A DNA stretch of 50,306 bases, the filler included, from an uncultured Candidatus Peribacteria bacterium (GTDB lineage: Bacteria; Patescibacteriota; Gracilibacteria; RBG-16-42-10): NCBI GenBank assembly GCA_964514565.1. It is 2 parts of 2 records of this genome, joined end to end, with 100 filler letters (N's around TTAATTAATTAA, not from the genome) between each part and the next. Parts side by side here need not be neighbours in the genome. Positions count along the whole stretch, not along the records: positions 25,087 to 50,306 come from CAZERA010000003.1; 1 more part is not named here. One strand, given 5' to 3'. Both the position numbers and the translations under genes were made by a program. Positions 49,331 to 50,306 of the stretch are shown piece after piece. Positions within the stretch are counted from its first letter, which is position 1. Every line of letters begins with the position of its first letter. A model generated the notes under the pieces. That model saw nothing but the letters and a program-made list of their open reading frames with translations, was not told where the DNA came from and made no database searches.

Positions 49331-50306
49331 AAAATCCTGTCGTCGCTTTGGTCGACTGTAATAATTTTTATGCTTCTTGTGAAAAGGTATTTGATCCTAC
49401 CATCGTTCATAAACCGGTAGTGATTTTGTCTAATAATGATGGATGTATCATCGCTAGAAGTGGTGAGGCAAAGAAGATGGGGATACCGATGGGGGCTCCT
49501 TATTTTAAGCTTGTTGATCAATTGAAGGCTTCCGATGTAGCTGTTCGTTCCTCAAACTATGCTTTGTATGGTGACATGTCGGAACGAGTGATGCAGGTTT
49601 TGGAACAGTTTTCATCTCGAGTAGAGCGATACTCGATTGATGAAGCATTTGTGGGGCTGGAACATGTTCCGCTAGATCAGCTTGATCAGTATGTCATGAA
49701 GATGAAGGAGACTGTGCAGCAGTGGACTGGCATGCCTGTGTCGATTGGTGTAGCGCGTACCAAAACATTAGCTAAGATTGCTAATCATGTAGCTAAAAAA
49801 CAGGAACAATACCAGGGATGTTGTAGTTTCCTTGATTGGAGTGTTTCGACGCTTGATCAATTTCTCCAACAATTACCAGTCAAAGAAGTGTGGGGGATTG
49901 GCTATGGTTCCGCTAGTCTGTTGGAAAAGAACAATATTATCACCGCTTTGGATCTCAAAAATAAAAGTTCCTCTGTGGTGCGTCAGTTGCTATCTGTATT
50001 GGGCGAACGGATTGCTTTAGAATTAAGTGGTATTTCGTGTCTTGCCTTGGATCTGATGTGGAAGCCTCGTAAGGGAATTATGTATACTCGTGGGTTTGGT
50101 CGAGATATCAGTACGCTGAGAGAAATGGAGCAAGCAGTTGCTACGTATACTTTCCGTGCTTGGCAAAAGCTCGCTAAACAAGGTTCGGAGATTAGTTGCC
50201 TTAGTATCGCAATCAGGAGCAATCGTTTTAGTGCAGATAAACCTTATAGTTCTTCTGGTCATAGTGTTTCTTTTCCGGCTACAGGCGATATTCGTATCCT
50301 TACCAA
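49327..50306 (+). CDS. umuC: Y-family DNA polymerase V catalytic subunit (3'-truncated; absent from ORF track)
   Basis: ATGA overlap with umuD; ALVDCNNFYASCE, LSNNDGCIIARS, SSNYALYGDMS, YSIDEAF, TKTLAKIAN. Confidence 0.95.
   Translation, partial: MKNPVVALVDCNNFYASCEKVFDPTIVHKPVVILSNNDGCIIARSGEAKKMGIPMGAPYFKLVDQLKASDVAVRSSNYALYGDMSERVMQVLEQFSSRVERYSIDEAFVGLEHVPLDQLDQYVMKMKETVQQWTGMPVSIGVARTKTLAKIANHVAKKQEQYQGCCSFLDWSVSTLDQFLQQLPVKEVWGIGYGSASLLEKNNIITALDLKNKSSSVVRQLLSVLGERIALELSGISCLALDLMWKPRKGIMYTRGFGRDISTLREMEQAVATYTFRAWQKLAKQGSEISCLSIAIRSNRFSADKPYSSSGHSVSFPATGDIRILT

Overview
AT-rich bacterial sequence, probably Patescibacteria/CPR. This is inferred from two Cys-rich CPR-type paralogs, an SLH/DUF11 surface protein and few Shine-Dalgarno motifs; TGA acts as a stop codon (ATGA gene overlaps). 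The window is two contigs joined by an artificial linker (N44-TTAATTAATTAA-N44, 24987-25086). Contig 1 holds an ArsR/FMN reductase/pirin/YgiD redox cluster, NUDIX/YjjX nucleotide-sanitising genes, a GT-C glycosyltransferase, a GIY-YIG gene between inverted repeats, a PAP2 phosphatase/P-type ATPase fusion and a truncated tRNA-Asn. Contig 2 holds the 23S 3' end and 5S rRNA, a GT4, a general-stress gene cluster, YhfW-like oxidoreductase plus mscL, GST, an ABC-2 pair, a 1478-aa DUF11/SLH surface protein with a C13 tract, a DHQS-like gene and umuDC. The most notable signals are: (i) dispersed heptamer/hairpin repeat families, one copy in-frame inside a gene; (ii) an IR-flanked GIY-YIG cassette; (iii) a likely phase-variation tract in the surface protein; (iv) the PAP2-ATPase fusion; (v) a shared ~50-aa repeat in two tail-anchored proteins. 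All family calls come from motif recognition only; no searches were run.
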